38,623 nucleotides of DNA, from the NCBI RefSeq assembly GCF_018977255.1, contig NW_024705505.1, positions 1 through 38,623 of the forward strand. Direction: 5' to 3'. The notes beneath the pieces were generated by a model. The model was not told the origin of the DNA, searched no databases, and saw nothing but the letters and a program-made list of their open reading frames with translations. The position numbers and the translations under genes are program-made. Source of the stretch: Callorhinchus milii. Lineage: Eukaryota. Shown piece after piece: positions 22,009 through 35,001 of this stretch. How positions within the stretch are numbered: position 1 is the stretch's first letter; every line of letters starts with the position of its first letter.

Positions 22009-25000
22009 TGTCATATTCAGATTGTTGCCGTATGTCTAATCTTCACACCCATACATTTTAGTCCTACGCTGGAGCCAATTTTTAAAATCCGTAGGATCGC
22101 TGGTCCTTCAACGAGGTTCCCGGGCTGCTGAGTTCCCATTCATTCGAACTAGTGGCGAATGATGCCGTCCCAGAATTTAGGCACGATTTTAAGCTGTTCC
22201 CAAATGGACTGACTACTGTGTCGGGTTCTAGCCTATGTTGCTACAGTGGGCCGGGTAAGTAAGCCTCAGTTCGCTTAGGCTGTTTACGTTCGCCACTTTT
22301 ATGCCGCGCTAACCCGGCACGTCATGGGAGTTGTTACGGGCATTGCATTTCTCTTGCTGTAACTTTAACGGACTCTGAGTACCTGCGCGATATGGATCCC
22401 TCGGAGGGTGGTATAAACTTCCTTCCAAAGCTTGGATGCGAAGATTCGCACGATGCACAAAGTTAGCTAAGGTCAGAGGAGCAAGATGTTTCGCGACGTC
22501 CGCGTAGCTCCTCTTAGCATCAAGTTTCCATCCGCGAAAGATGTCTAAGACAGGTAACTATCAAGATGTTTGTCCCGCGGGAAGGCACTTAGTCAAGTAT
22601 AGAAGGAAAGTCCGGGAAGCGGCACAGTCCTAACGCTTATAGGCCGTTGGGGCAACTTACGCACACCATGGGTCGATGGCGCAGTTTAATGTGATATACG
22701 GGGACCTAGGTGGAATAGGTTTGTTGTGGACCCCAGTTATCCGAGCCTTTCAGAACACGGCCGTTGCCAAGACCTACGTTTCCAAGCTCGGAGCTCCTAG
22801 TCTATACCCAGGTGCTATGTTTCCCATCTCTCCAGGTGATCCGCTCGGGGAAAAAATGCCTCAGCGGAATCATATTAGATTTCATATATACCCACGAATC
22901 GACATGACTTAGCGAGGATATATATCGCCTTTCTCTGTATTATTATAATATGAGACTCGACTTCGTCCTTGCTCGCTATTTGGCTAGTTCTCGTCTGATG
23001 GGATAACTCGGTTGGTGCCCTGGGAGAGGAGCTCGTAAGTCAAACCAAAGTTGTGAAGTCGTCTCCTAAATTACTCAGTATACTGGAGAGGCATTGACGA
23101 CTTCCCCGCTTACGCCCGACGGAATCGATAAAGCTCGCCAGAGCACCTTTTACACACGACCCGAGTCTCCTGGGGAATATAACCCTTTATTTTATTCAGG
23201 GGATGCGGGACTTTGAGTACTTTGACTAACCAACGAAGTACCTTCACAGATGGCAACATATTCGTGCACTAATGATCCTACTCCGATGACTTCAGAGGTA
23301 AGGTGGGGTTGGCCCCAAAGGTACCATAATGCGTGGGAGTGTCATTCGGCGTAGTTTCCGAGCCATATCCTGAACCGCCAACGACATCATCGTCAACGAA
23401 CGCACTTGCCCACGTAAGTGTGCCCAGCAGCCTTCGTCAGTAGTAGCGGCCCGAAACGAGGACGATTTGGAATAGCCTACGACTCTCCTAATATCGGAGC
23501 CCGAAGTTTGCTATCGAGGGTCCGTCTAGTTGATGGGAATCCCACGCGCCATTCAGTAATCGGTGTCCTCTTCTCTATGCGATATGGAGTCCATCGAGAG
23601 CATAGTAGTACGGTAGGATCGTCCTTTCGACTTCTTACCAGAGGGACCTCACGTCGTGCAAGAACGTCGCGGAATTACTCCTCTGACCCGAGACGGTTAT
23701 TAACTCCCGGCTCTGGAATAGACGGATTTTGATTGCCGGATTCGGAATAGAGGCTACTCGCTTTTACTTGTCGAACCGGTGAAGACTCTAAATCCGTATT
23801 TTTTGTTGGAAACTGCTACAAAAGAATTAAGTCTGGAAGGACATCCAATCTACTGAAATGTATCGTGCCATTCAGTGCACGTTATCTGGTATCTAGGGGG
23901 GGGTATCATATCCGGTTAATTTAGGCTTTGTGCTACTCCAAGAGGAGGGAGTGACCGAAGCCGCCTTATTGTACCGGGACGCTAAGGGAGCGGCAATAAG
24001 GCGCGTTCGGCGAAATATGCCATCAGTTCTACATAAGAGTTTCGAGACGATCGGTATTGACGGGATCCGGATGTATGGTGAAATGAACGTTAGGCCTCAC
24101 AAGTGGGAACAATAAATCGCTCTTTCTCGATGGGCGGAGTGCGTTATGACATACGCACACTATGGTTGCAAACAACTGAGCTCTCCCGGAGGTAAGCCCC
24201 GCAAATTGTCATTCCAGCTGTACACCGCAACGTTGAATAGTTCTGAAGGAAAGAAAGGCCGCTCATGGGTTAAGATCATCGAGATGAAAGTTTATGTCCG
24301 GGAGAAAACCAAGAAGAATACAAGACCACTAGTTTGCATGGGCGCGTAGTTAACACATATTCGATGGTTACGGCAATGACCAGCTCGTAGGACGAATCGT
24401 GCGTCTACCTATGCTTTGGCTAGGATGATCATCAAGGGCGACAGAACTCAGAGACCTTATAAAACTGCCCGAGAACATAACAACAACTTTCGGACCCTTG
24501 AATAACCGCCGGTCCAGGCGTATGAGATGACCAAGCCTCAGAGTATGGACTGTCATAGGTGACCCCACAGTCCCGTTACACAGGCGCTCTTACATTCGCG
24601 CGCACGTGGATGGAGTAGCTGGTAAATGGCGGTTTAGGGTCCAGACACATACGTACTGGCGAAGGTGTAGAACGCGCGGCCAGAGGACCTATTGATATAA
24701 AAGTTGGATGTTCAAGTGTAAAAGCTTTGAGTGAATGTCGTGATACCCATGAAACGAGCAGCATCACACTCTGCCATTACCTCGATAAAGGAAATGGTGC
24801 CATGCGCAGCGTGACGGCAATGTGCAACACACCTAACACGCGGAGTATTATAGTTGGTTCCCGGGAGCGCGACAGTGAAACAAAAACGGCTCTCTCACAT
24901 TCAGTTAATTCACCGGGACTCGTTAGCGATGGGAAGCGGAAAGCACGGTTGACTTATTAGAATAAGGTCTAAGCCGTACGCACGCTCGGTGGGTTTTACA

Positions 25001-28000
25001 TTACTCGATTCTTAGACAAGACAGCCGGAGTACCATATTTGCAATGTTAGCTTCAGCTTGTAAAATACAGTAGCGTATGTCGAATGGTAGGGCCCGGCAA
25101 ATTGAGACTACTCATATTGTGAGGGAGCGCGAAAACCCTTTCTGATGGCAATAATGGAAACGAGAGTAACTATGAACATATCGGAGGTCCTTGATTTTTG
25201 GCAACGGCTGTTGTCACTCCTGTTTGCACTAACAAACAGCCGTTCGGGTAACAAGACAACTTTATCGTGGCGATTATCGGTAAAGAAGTGCTAAGCTTAA
25301 AGCTATCACTGATAATAAACACTATGGAACATTTAAGCACCGTTAACGGTCCACAAGGACCCACCGAGCAACTAAATTACGGCTAGTTTAAACATATAAA
25401 CTTGTCTACGGTGACTATGTTCGGCGTGGTTACACGGTTTACGGTGAACACACGCAAGGATGGCGGAAAAAGCGCTAGAGCTTATGAAATTCTGTATGAA
25501 CTGAGGCAACGCCGTAATGTCGACACACAAGATGGTCGGTAAAACAGGATCTGTCACCTGCCTCGCTACAACGCTAGGGTAGCTACTTTATAAAATGTTT
25601 TCATGTAGATTAAATATAACAATGCCTAGGTACAGCCGATGGGAATGGCTGTGATCCGCGTCGAAGAAACTCGCTGGCCGTGTGCTCCTATCTGGCTGCC
25701 ATCCCGCTGGGCTCATCCGGCCCAGAACCAAAGGAATGATGGGTGTGGACCCCGACAGTATAGCGCGGCATGAGGACTGAAAGTGCGAGCAAATATCTCA
25801 GTGGACATGCTATGGGAGGACTTCGTATCGACGGTTCTACTCCTGATTGAAAAGTTGATCATGAGACAAACAGGACGTTACCGTCCTAGCTAGTGAAGAG
25901 CTAAAGAGCGAAATGGCTTTCCATCCGCGCTCGGACACTAGCTTAATCTGAGTGAGATTCACAGACTTAACAGGCCTACTGGCGTTTGGCAAGTAACCGT
26001 CTCTTTAGCCACAGCTCAATGAATGAACGAACCATAAGCCGCTTACTGCGTTGTGCCCGCGTAGGCTCATACAGTTATCTAAAGGGCTAAGAACAGATCG
26101 ATAGTTCAATCGCATGTAGCGGGTATATCAGCCAGTCGACAGGCTTCCCGATAGGATCGTAAACCGGCTTGTAATAGCACGAGTCCAAATCTCGATACCT
26201 AGGGAACTTAGGCTTTGCGTACTCGATCTTCCGGTCAGCAATAGTGTGATCACAATTGTGCGTATGATATTGATCCAGTTGCCAAGCGTGCGTTCTAAAA
26301 GCTACGGACCCATTCATGGTGGTCAAAATTTATTCAACTTGTACCATTCCCGTCGTTGTACGGTTATCGACTGTCGGACTATAAGGGGAACTGTCACATT
26401 CCAGGAAAAAAAGGATGGCATGTCATTCACACTAGACACAAGGGGATTGCGCACGGCTAGAATCATCGCAATTAACCGCCCGAGTGCTATCCCTGTTTAT
26501 TTAGAGGTGTGAGAGAGGGCCATATACCTCATCCCGCAATACCCACGAAGCAGGCCCAACGCACCCGTAGCTGAGGAGGCTTGTGACCTGACCGATATAG
26601 CGACCGTTGCGTGGATTCGCATGTTGCAAGCGCTCTGGGGGTGGTTCGCATAGCTCCCGTGCTGTTCTCCCAGCACATCTATCGGACGTTACAGCGGTAT
26701 AAGCCGGCCGGCCCTAGCACACTTTCGAACTGTACACGCACAAGTAAAATCCGGCTATTGGTCTCCTACCGTGATTTTTGCTAGGGAATTGATAAAGGGG
26801 ACTACCGTTAGGGAAGTCTGGCGCCTATCAGTTCAAACCGAAAGCAGTACCTGATCATAACCGCTATTACGTTACTTTGGTTCTGGGCAAAGACGTTTTA
26901 CCAGTAACCGCACTCCCAAACGCAATAGCTTAACGTTATCCGTTGAACAGTCGAAGCAAAGGGATAGACAAATACAAAGTGGCTGGGTAAGCGATAGTCG
27001 CACACAAGGGGAAGCTCGTGAGTCTCTCCTATTCTCGAGCGGTGAGGATCGTTTTCTGAACTGGGTATATTTCTATCCGGTCCTTATTCTTACACTCAAC
27101 GCCATCTCTGCCGGTGCTAAAGCCCTTAACGTGAGAGGAACGCTCAAAAAACGGTCGTGGCAGAGTACCGAATCGTCGAGCTAGATTTTAATACAGCGGG
27201 GCTCTGATCCATTTATAACTCCTCCCTGACCCCGGGCATTGATTCACATCCGCCGCGATATCCTCAGATGACTGCCTAGTTGACGGGAACTCGACTAAAT
27301 TAACGTATTCCCGGTGCTTCTTAAGGCAGTTTGGGGCTATTATTGCCCTTACAAAGTCCAACACTCCCGCTGGATCGGCCGGGACGGTGTGAGACGCAGA
27401 TCCGACCAGGCGCGCACACTGACGTAGTATAGAGAAACTGCGCAAGTCGAGCTACGATTGTAAGCGCCTCATGTTCTGGTGTACGTAGTTAGCGCATAAG
27501 GCAGACTCGTGGTTTAGCGGGTTAAGACCATCGGTTGCACTGGTTGGCTCTCCACGGAGTCCGCCTACTTTCCCCAGATGAAGACACCGCCGTTCCCCCC
27601 TCCGTTCATGACCGCTTGACTGTAGGATCATACCTTTTAATACAAGTAGCAACGGTAGCGTCACGGCATCCCGGTAGCTAAATGTAAGGAAAAAATGCCC
27701 TTCAAATAAGATAGGGGTTTATGGCTAATCTGAAACCGGAATTGAAACCCTCTAGGAAAGACGGCTAGCCTAGGCTTCAGGCGCCCGGCGGACATGAACT
27801 ACCAATACCCTAACTGTAGCCTTTTCAGAGTGGAATTGGGCGAGCCGTAACGTAAACAGGACAAACCTGTGGAGTCAGGATTCAAGGTAAAGTAACATCA
27901 CCGTGGATTTTTCAACCCATACTAGCCGGTATGCCCCGCACACGACCACTCGCAGGCGCATGACCAGGTACTTCTGGTTCCTGCTACAATCGGGTCCCGT

Positions 28001-29239
28001 GAACCGCATGCACACGAATCGCGGGACATTTCTCCGAACTATAGGGAATCTAGGTCGCTGAGCTGGATTTGTTGATCTGAACAGTCGGAGTACGGTAAAT
28101 TGTTATGCAACCATCACACCCCCTCGAAGGGCTGTCCCAGCTGTTACAGGACGGGAATGCTCTGTTGATAAGGTCCTCGCGCACATTGCTATAACTAAAT
28201 TACACTGCCTATCGTTTCCAGAATTTCCTGTATTGAATTAAATGAATAGTGAAAGGGTTCCAAAGGTCGGACGCTTACTTAATGCCGTAGCGCTGGAGCC
28301 GTGCTGGGCAGAGCTAGTCATTGAGGATAGCCGAAGGTGTACACCTTACCCCCACATGGACATTGCATAGATCCTGTCGTTCAAGCCTGAAACTCCGACA
28401 CGCCCAGCCGACGCAAAATGTGATCTGAAGTCTTTACTGCGGTACCACGACAAGTCAGGCGGGAGAGGCAAGCTTTCGGGACGGGTCTTAAAAGCTCATA
28501 AACTGTACGACCTACCACACACGTGTTGTTTGCCCTCAAGCACTCGCACCACGGGTACTCATCTATCGTACTTCAGGCCCGCATGCTCTGACTGTCGGCC
28601 TTATGTCGATCAATGCTTATTCTTTAGCCAGGAGCATAGTCTATTAATGAAAATTGATAGCGTTGAAAGCCGATCTCTTATTATTACAGTGGATTTCATA
28701 AATCATGTTCCCGCGTAGATTCCCCCCTAAAACGTATTTTAAACTAGGCGGAGGTGTCTAACTGCTATTCCGGCACTAGCACTGGCTTAGTGACGTCGCG
28801 TGCTGTGTTAGGTCTAGACTTGTGAGACGAGCACTGGTCGTAGTTGAAGGGTATTTAGTATGTTTATTCCCTTATAAAGGTAATAGACTTCATTCGGGGG
28901 TCGACCCTAGTAACTACATCCACGGCTAATTGCTTTAGTTATCTGATCGTGTTGCAGTCATCATACAGTTTCCAGACATAATTCGGAATCAAAACCTGGA
29001 CGTAGCGCAGGGACCAATTGTGGCGCCCATTTAGAGTAGACATGTCAATGCAATTAAACAGATCGGTAAGGCCTCGCGCGAATAAGTAAGCTGGTCCAGC
29101 CCTCAGTACGACCCCCATTTTGTGCCGAGCTGGACAGCTTAGGCCGCCCAGCCCCACGAATTGTCGTTATGAATCCGCGAGTAGGCGATGACTCGAATTG
29201 GTGGCAGATGAACCAACCTGGTAACAACAACGAAGTTCA
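22009..29239. other. Featureless block with random-like composition (possible shuffled, synthetic or foreign sequence)
   Basis: No SINE, LINE or PLE copies, microsatellites or long A/T tracts seen; longest ORF in the supplied track is 104 aa; CG and TA look undepleted and CTAG occurs roughly 30 times by eye. Confidence 0.7.
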
Positions 29240-29399
29240 AATAAAACAATTCTCACGACGTTTCAGGAAAAGCTGACGTTTTGTTGTTCTCATCATGCAC
29301 AGAGGACGGCTGCTTGCGTTGTGGCCGAAACGTCGTGAGAATTGTTTTATTATGTTTTATTTTTATTATTTTATTACTTCCCTTCTACGTGACTTTACC
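29240..29399. mobile_element. Penelope-like fragment with mutated hammerhead core
   Basis: aataaaacaattctcacgacgtttc, then inverted CAGAGGA-C-GGCUGC..GUGGCC-GAAAC-GUC-GUGAGAAUUG and cccttctacgtgactttacc. Confidence 0.85.
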
Positions 29400-29749
29400 A
29401 GAGGATTTATATTACACGTTGGAAGGGAGGTGGATTCGGGCCAACTGACAATTATTATCTAACAGCCAGGAGCAGAGGCGTGCAAGGTGTCATTTTAAAC
29501 GCTTTACCTTTTAGCTCATAAGTGCTGCGGGGGGGAGGTGGTGGAGGGAGGGGGATTCATGCCTGCGCGTCGCGTAAGTTGACGGGGCACACGCCAGCGT
29601 TTTGCCGTCGAAGTTGTCACAGAGCGAGTGAAGTCTATTCGCAACATCGCACGCGTCGTCCCACTGCGGAAAGTGAAACACAGGGGCATCCGAAGCACAG
29701 GCCCTTCGTTTTGTTTATTCAACTATTCAACTGTTATTTTGGTTTTCGT

Positions 29750-30051
29750 TTCGCCAGGTAAGGTCCACTCAGCTATCTATCGCTATTTTTCAGATTAGCG
29801 ACCTGGCCACAAATGATCGCTCAACGAAGCGGCGTATCACGTGGGAATTTACAGCAGCCAAACACTCTAATCGCGTGATGTTGATTCTAAATGTGGAGGA
29901 GGGAAAACCCGGAGGACCCGGATAAAAATCCACGCTATCACGGGGAGACAGACATGCAAACTCCAAATATACAGCACAGGCCTCAGGGTCGGGATTTACC
30001 CCACGACCTCCTGTATACCAGGCGAGGTATTTAACATCTCGCCACCATGGC
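29750..30051 (-). mobile_element. V-domain SINE
   Basis: Reverse-complement homolog of 9880-10145 (ccaggtaa..ccactcagcta, gttgattctaaatgtgg, catgcaaactccaaatat, ttaacatctcgccacc). Confidence 0.85.
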
Positions 30052-30479
30052 ACACATGGGGTGGGGAATCGACTGCAATAATAGACGTGTAAATCATCAC
30101 GTTGTTTCGTAATGCTTGTAACACCAAATACATAAATTCACTGCATATAGCACTGGGGCATATGTTGTTTGCAAGCATTTGTTAAGGCCGCATATACGGG
30201 ACATGGAAAAGGTGGCGTGGCCAGCCCTATGTTCGGCCGAATTTATCTCCAGAATGGAGATGCTTACACGTGGTACCACGTGCCTCTTTCAAGCAGAGTT
30301 GACCTCGGCAAAGCCCAGAACAGGTTCAGACTTCACTTACCATTGATGCGCACGACGGAGAATGAAACGCTTATCACAGAGATCTCCTCGGCACTGTGCA
30401 ATGACCCCTTCACCGCTCCGCGCACACACCCCAAGAAAAGGATCCCCTGTATTGCATTAACAGACTGTTGGGGCAAGTG

Positions 30480-30728
30480 CTGTTAGCAAGCACCTATGAA
30501 GGCCGGCACGGCGCACGAGGGCGTGGGTGGCCAACGCCACGCCCGGCCGCCTTTGTCTCCCCAGTGGCGATGTGCACGCACCGCACTAGATACTCATTCG
30601 AGGCTGAGTCGACCTAGGGGAGGCCCTGGACCGGTTCAGATAATCGTCACTGGTGTCGGCCGTGAGCGGGAATCGAACTCGGGACGCCGGGTTCATAGCG
30701 CAGCGCGCTAGCCTCCACACTAGCGGAC
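30480..30728 (-). mobile_element. tRNA-derived SINE with a central domain resembling the Nin domain
   Basis: B box (gggaatcgaactc on plus); tactcattcgaggctgagtcgacc and gtggccaacgccacgcccggccgc resemble the Nin-type SINE core. A weaker copy (ggctgagtcgacccc) lies near 33793. Confidence 0.6.
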
Positions 30729-31670
30729 GCACACATACAGCACAAGTACATATTGGCAAGTAGAAACATGAAGGGCGTTAACTCCACAACACAATTGCCA
30801 ATTTCCTAGCCAGTAAAAAAAAACTTTTAAGCTAGCTGCTAATTAGTATGCTGGACTGAGCATGTTTTTGCACGACGCCTCTCTGTCATTTAATTGCATT
30901 TAATTGGCTTGTCTGGGGCACTTGCTATCCGTCTGCTAATGGAGTTGACCGTATCAGGCAGTTCACATTATTTTAAAACCATCGGCACCTCTGACAATGC
31001 TCCCGTTATCGTGCACATATTTTGTTACGGACATGCCATTCATGCGAGTGCATTAGTTTTGCGCACCAATTACACATTCGGGCGCGTTGACATTTGAACC
31101 TTATGGCAGGTCCCATAAGCCCCTGGCTCTCGCATAAACTGCGTTGCGACGTCATTTTATGTCTGTTGAAGGCGAACGACACGGCAATCCAGTCCTCTCG
31201 ACGAGCTCTTCACGATGCACTAGTCAAAGTTTCAAAGTTTTGTTTCTTCTGCGCATTCGTCCTCGCTGCTGCGCTTGAACGACACGACAGAATGATCCGC
31301 GCCAGGTGGGTTGCAGCGTTGATGTGCGCGGTGGGATGGAGTCGCCAAAAATAAATAAATTATTTACGATTTTTACTTCCGTTTATTCGGGACCCCGGGG
31401 TCCCGCCATAAGGTTCATTTGCTATTAAGGAAGGGCGTATTCCAAAACGCTGAAAGTGAAATAATAACATTGCTTTATTATTATACTGTACTACCAATAT
31501 TATTTCGTACACTAATGCCACTCAAAGTTGTGTACATTATACTCAATGTTGTCCAGTAGTTACACACAACCTCTGTTGAGAAAAGGACTACCTGCATGGA
31601 TAGGTAACAGCAATACAAAAACACTGTTGTCATATATGAACACGCTACTTGCATGTTGGATAAGATTTCC

Positions 31671-32150
31671 CATTATCGTCGGCCAGTCTCTGCCCGCTGC
31701 TGAATGAAGGCCTCTCCCATGCCACTGCCACTCCTCTCGGTTCAGAAATCCCAAAATATATCTCACTCCTGGTTTCATCACTCCATCTCCATGGTGGTCG
31801 TCCTCTCAGGCGTGTTCTCTTCCATGGCTGCCATTCCATCACAAGTCCATCGGCCATCATCCCTATCCACGATGTGTCCTGCCACTCAAACAGTCCATTT
31901 GACACCTCTGATTTTCTATTTTTCTGATGAATTTCAAGCATGTTCTTTGTCAACATCAATATTTCTGTTCCACGTACTATATATCTGGCCATGCGCAATC
32001 AATGAAACGTGTCTACTTCGGGTACATCTGTGTGCTGTTTTTCAATGTCAAATTCAACTTTCCAAAAACATTTCATCACTCTCTTTTTCACCTCGCTATT
32101 TTACCATATTGATCCCAACCTGCCATCAATGATTGGCCGAGACTTGTTCT
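31671..32150 (-). mobile_element. RTE-clade LINE, degraded C-terminal ORF region and 3' end
   Basis: Frameshifted motifs AGHIV..DGRWT, VMEWQP, RLRGRPPWRWSDE, then gaggccttcattcagcagc and a (GAT)n-like tail. Confidence 0.85.
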
Positions 32151-32321
32151 GCTATGACACGATCCGAGAGTTTGGCTGTTTGCACCAATAATACATATTG
32201 CAATGTGTGTCCTTATGCGACGTGAACTTTAATAAACTATGCTTCTAATCGCTCCTGGGATCAAACACTACAATCTGAAACTCACAACCTGGATTCAATT
32301 GCTACTCTATAAACTAAATTA

Positions 32322-32588
32322 TTTATATTTTACCAGGTAAGCCCCACTGAGCTATATAGCTTCTTTTCAGAATTGACCTGGCCACAAATTATAGCTCAAC
32401 GAAGTGGCTTAACATGTGGAAATTTATGAGCTAAATATTATAAACGCATGAGGGCAAACCAGGAGGATCCAGACAACAATCTCACGCGACCAAGAAGAGA
32501 GAGACACCACAAACTCCAAATTTACAGGCGTCAGAACCCACGACCTCCTGCATACCAGGTGAGGTAGTTAACATCTCGCCACCGTGGC
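32322..32588 (-). mobile_element. V-domain SINE
   Basis: taccaggtaagccccactgagctatatagc, caaactccaaat and ttaacatctcgccaccgtggc match 9880-10145 and 29750-30051. Confidence 0.82.
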
Positions 32589-32633
32589 TCTGACAGCAAA
32601 CATCGGTGGTCAGTAATATCAGCAGCGATCCTC

Positions 32634-32752
32634 GGCATTTCCTTCGCCAACCCGCACAGACCAGCGTGGCGAACTATGATCAAACGTTACTCATGGCCGA
32701 CATGGCATGGCGAAGCCTTCAACCAGCAGTGAAATGATAAAGGGCTGTACAT
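32634..32752 (+). mobile_element. RTE-tailed SINE, 3' portion
   Basis: ccagcgtggcgaactatgatcaaac...gaagccttcaaccagcagtg..aaagggctgta. Confidence 0.7.
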
Positions 32753-33972
32753 TATCATTATATTCATATTATTGTAGTGTAATACAATAAAATAACTATG
32801 AAGGTTGATGAAAAGTTATTACAAATCGAAGGTTACATCATGGCACGTCGACGTTAAACCTTTAGAATCCTGTGCTTTTCGCTCATTTTTGTGAATCTTA
32901 CGTAGGCTCTTTGAATAACAATACAAGTTCGATGAATAAGATTTAATGTGAGGAGATAATTGTGTCAGTCTGGGTCGACATCACTGCAGGATCATCAATT
33001 GAGCTCTTGTTGTAACTTGTTCCATGTCCCAGCGGCAGTGGTTAAATCAAAGCCCATGAAGCCAACTTAAGGGCCAAATCGAACCTCCCCTCGGAGCTCG
33101 AGGTGTGGCAGCCCGCAACCCACTGCCACGCCAGGCCTCCCAAGTTTTGATTGTATATCACCGACAGCCACAAAATGCGACATTACTGTTACACGCAAAA
33201 TAAAAGGACAGCTATGTTTTTAAAAACGAATAAAACTACCTTGTAAGTGCTCTAAAATGCTTTCAAGAACACGAGATGTTCCAAAAAGTCACCATCTGAC
33301 AGCATAATTGTTAGCAATTTTGGTTACGCACGTCACACAGCATGTGTATTTTTACGTGCAGTAAAAGTATATGTTTGCAGAAAGCAAAAAATATTTTGGC
33401 AACAAAAACACTGATGTTGCGGTCGGTAACCTTTCAACACATATAAAGCTCTTCGGCAGTGATGCCTGTAAATGATAATAAACGTGCCTCTCCAAGTCAT
33501 CACGCAGTGAAGCACGCGTACCTGCGTAAGAGATTCAATTATTTCCCAGCGCATAGTAATCGGAGATACCAAATGTCAAGCGGGATTAATTAAAGGGCAA
33601 GCTCGTGATTTAGTAGGAGGATTTCGGGTTTTTTTTTTGTATTCCCACGCAGGAGCTGTCTCCAAACAGGGCTTCAGTGAAACGACGAGAACGTTCTGCC
33701 AAGGAGCTGGCGCCCGGAGAGGGTCACTTACTTCTTCAAACTTGACTTCCCACACTGGTGGTAATGTTTTTGTTCAATCCTGGATGAATGAATGGCTGAG
33801 TCGACCCCTGACCCCCGATTGAACTCGCCATCTTCTTATTATGAATCAATTGTTCTAACCTCAGGGCCACTTGGTAGGGAATAATGTAACCATTGGGCAT
33901 GCCAAGTCATTAAATGTGGTCACACGTTTACAGTCTCACACTTTGGAAATACATGGCAGAACATTGAATATA

Positions 33973-34041
33973 TTGATTTGAAGCTTTCGTGACTGCAGGA
34001 ATCCATACTCTTTGGTGACTTTACCGAAAGAACCAAACAGT
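33973..34041. mobile_element. Minimal Penelope-like insertion: tail plus inverted arm end
   Basis: gatttgaagctttcgtgactgcagg..., then gtgactttaccgaaagaaccaa; TSD ATTGAATATA/ATTGCATATA. Same layout as 19747-19815. Confidence 0.8.
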
Positions 34042-34151
34042 ATTGCATATAGTACAGAAGTTTTAATATGGATATCTTAACTATCTGAAACCGATATTCC
34101 AAACAAGGCCTCTTCCAGACTTCTATGAGTGAGATGGTACTGTAATGGAAT

Positions 34152-34349
34152 GTACAGCCCTTTGTCCATCCACTGCTAGATGAAGGCCTCTCCATATCGG
34201 TCATGGGGATTGACTGACCATATCCTTCAGGGGGCACCTCGAACCGGTTCACATCGCACTCACCGCCGCTCTAAGCCGTGGCCAGGAATCGAGCTCAGGT
34301 TGCCCAGGTTTGTAGCACAGTGTGACAACCACTCCTCCACCGTTGCCTC
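34152..34349 (-). mobile_element. Near full-length tRNA-derived SINE with RTE-type tail
   Basis: Minus strand: A-box-like TGGAGGAGTGG, B-box-like GAGCTCGATTCC, tail GAGAGGCCTTCATCTAGCAGTGGATGGACAAAGGGCTGTA. Confidence 0.78.
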
Positions 34350-34392
34350 TCCAGCGAGACAATGCCGCTCCTATTTCCCAAGATGGGAGACT

Positions 34393-34506
34393 CAGTGGCA
34401 TAGCGTTGTTCGCATGGGCCCTGGTGCAAGAAATGAAATGGGGCCTCCCCCTATGCACCCTTCACCTGGGCCTGCATCGTATTCACACTCAAAAGTTACC
34501 CCACCG
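34393..34506. mobile_element. Possible hAT-type MITE
   Basis: Degenerate TIRs CAGTGGCATAGC/GTTACCCCACCG; flanks GGGAGACT/GGGAGAGC could be an 8-bp TSD; internal gggccc motifs. Confidence 0.45.
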
Positions 34507-34808
34507 GGGAGAGCCAATAGATTCATCACCAACACCTGGCTGAGAGCGAATCTGTGCCAATAAGCAGATGCCACGCGTCTCGCCATCTTTAACGCTATGG
34601 CTTTCGAACATGCGCGGAGTGGCGCGGTTACTCATCGTGGTCGTGACATCACCACGTTACACTCCCTTGTTTTGTGCTACAGAGGTCTTGTGAAAAACAC
34701 ATGCCTGTGGCGGGGGAAGAAGTAATCATCATCATAATGTACTGTTTGCTTTATTGCAAAATTAATATTCTTTGAGCTTAAAAAAAGGGTTGGTTATAAG
34801 GTTTCAAG

Positions 34809-34870
34809 GTATGTATGTTGAACTTCTTTCGCGCTGTATGTAGTCAACAGTGCTAATCGGAGGTGAGGAG
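34809..34870 (-). mobile_element. L2-like LINE 3' end fragment
   Basis: gtatgtatgttgaacttctttcgc...gctaatcggaggtg matches 17876-17932. Confidence 0.65.
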
Positions 34871-35001
34871 TAGTCAGTGTCGTATACATCTAATAAAAAA
34901 GCAGACTGTAATGCGTAAATAGTTCAATTTGCAGGCCACAGCTAACGTGAGCGGCGAATAATAACGGAACCAGTCCTGTACAATGAACTGCTTTGGCAAC
35001 C

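Noticed and set aside
22009..29239. Autonomous Penelope ORF or viral insert between the PLE ends
   Set aside because: No long ORF and no reverse transcriptase or GIY-YIG motifs recognised; composition looks random.
29296..29340. Active hammerheads here and at 14871-14905 and 13715-13737
   Set aside because: Core mutated (CAGAGGA; AAAAC for GAAAC) or stem II and the 5' core deleted.
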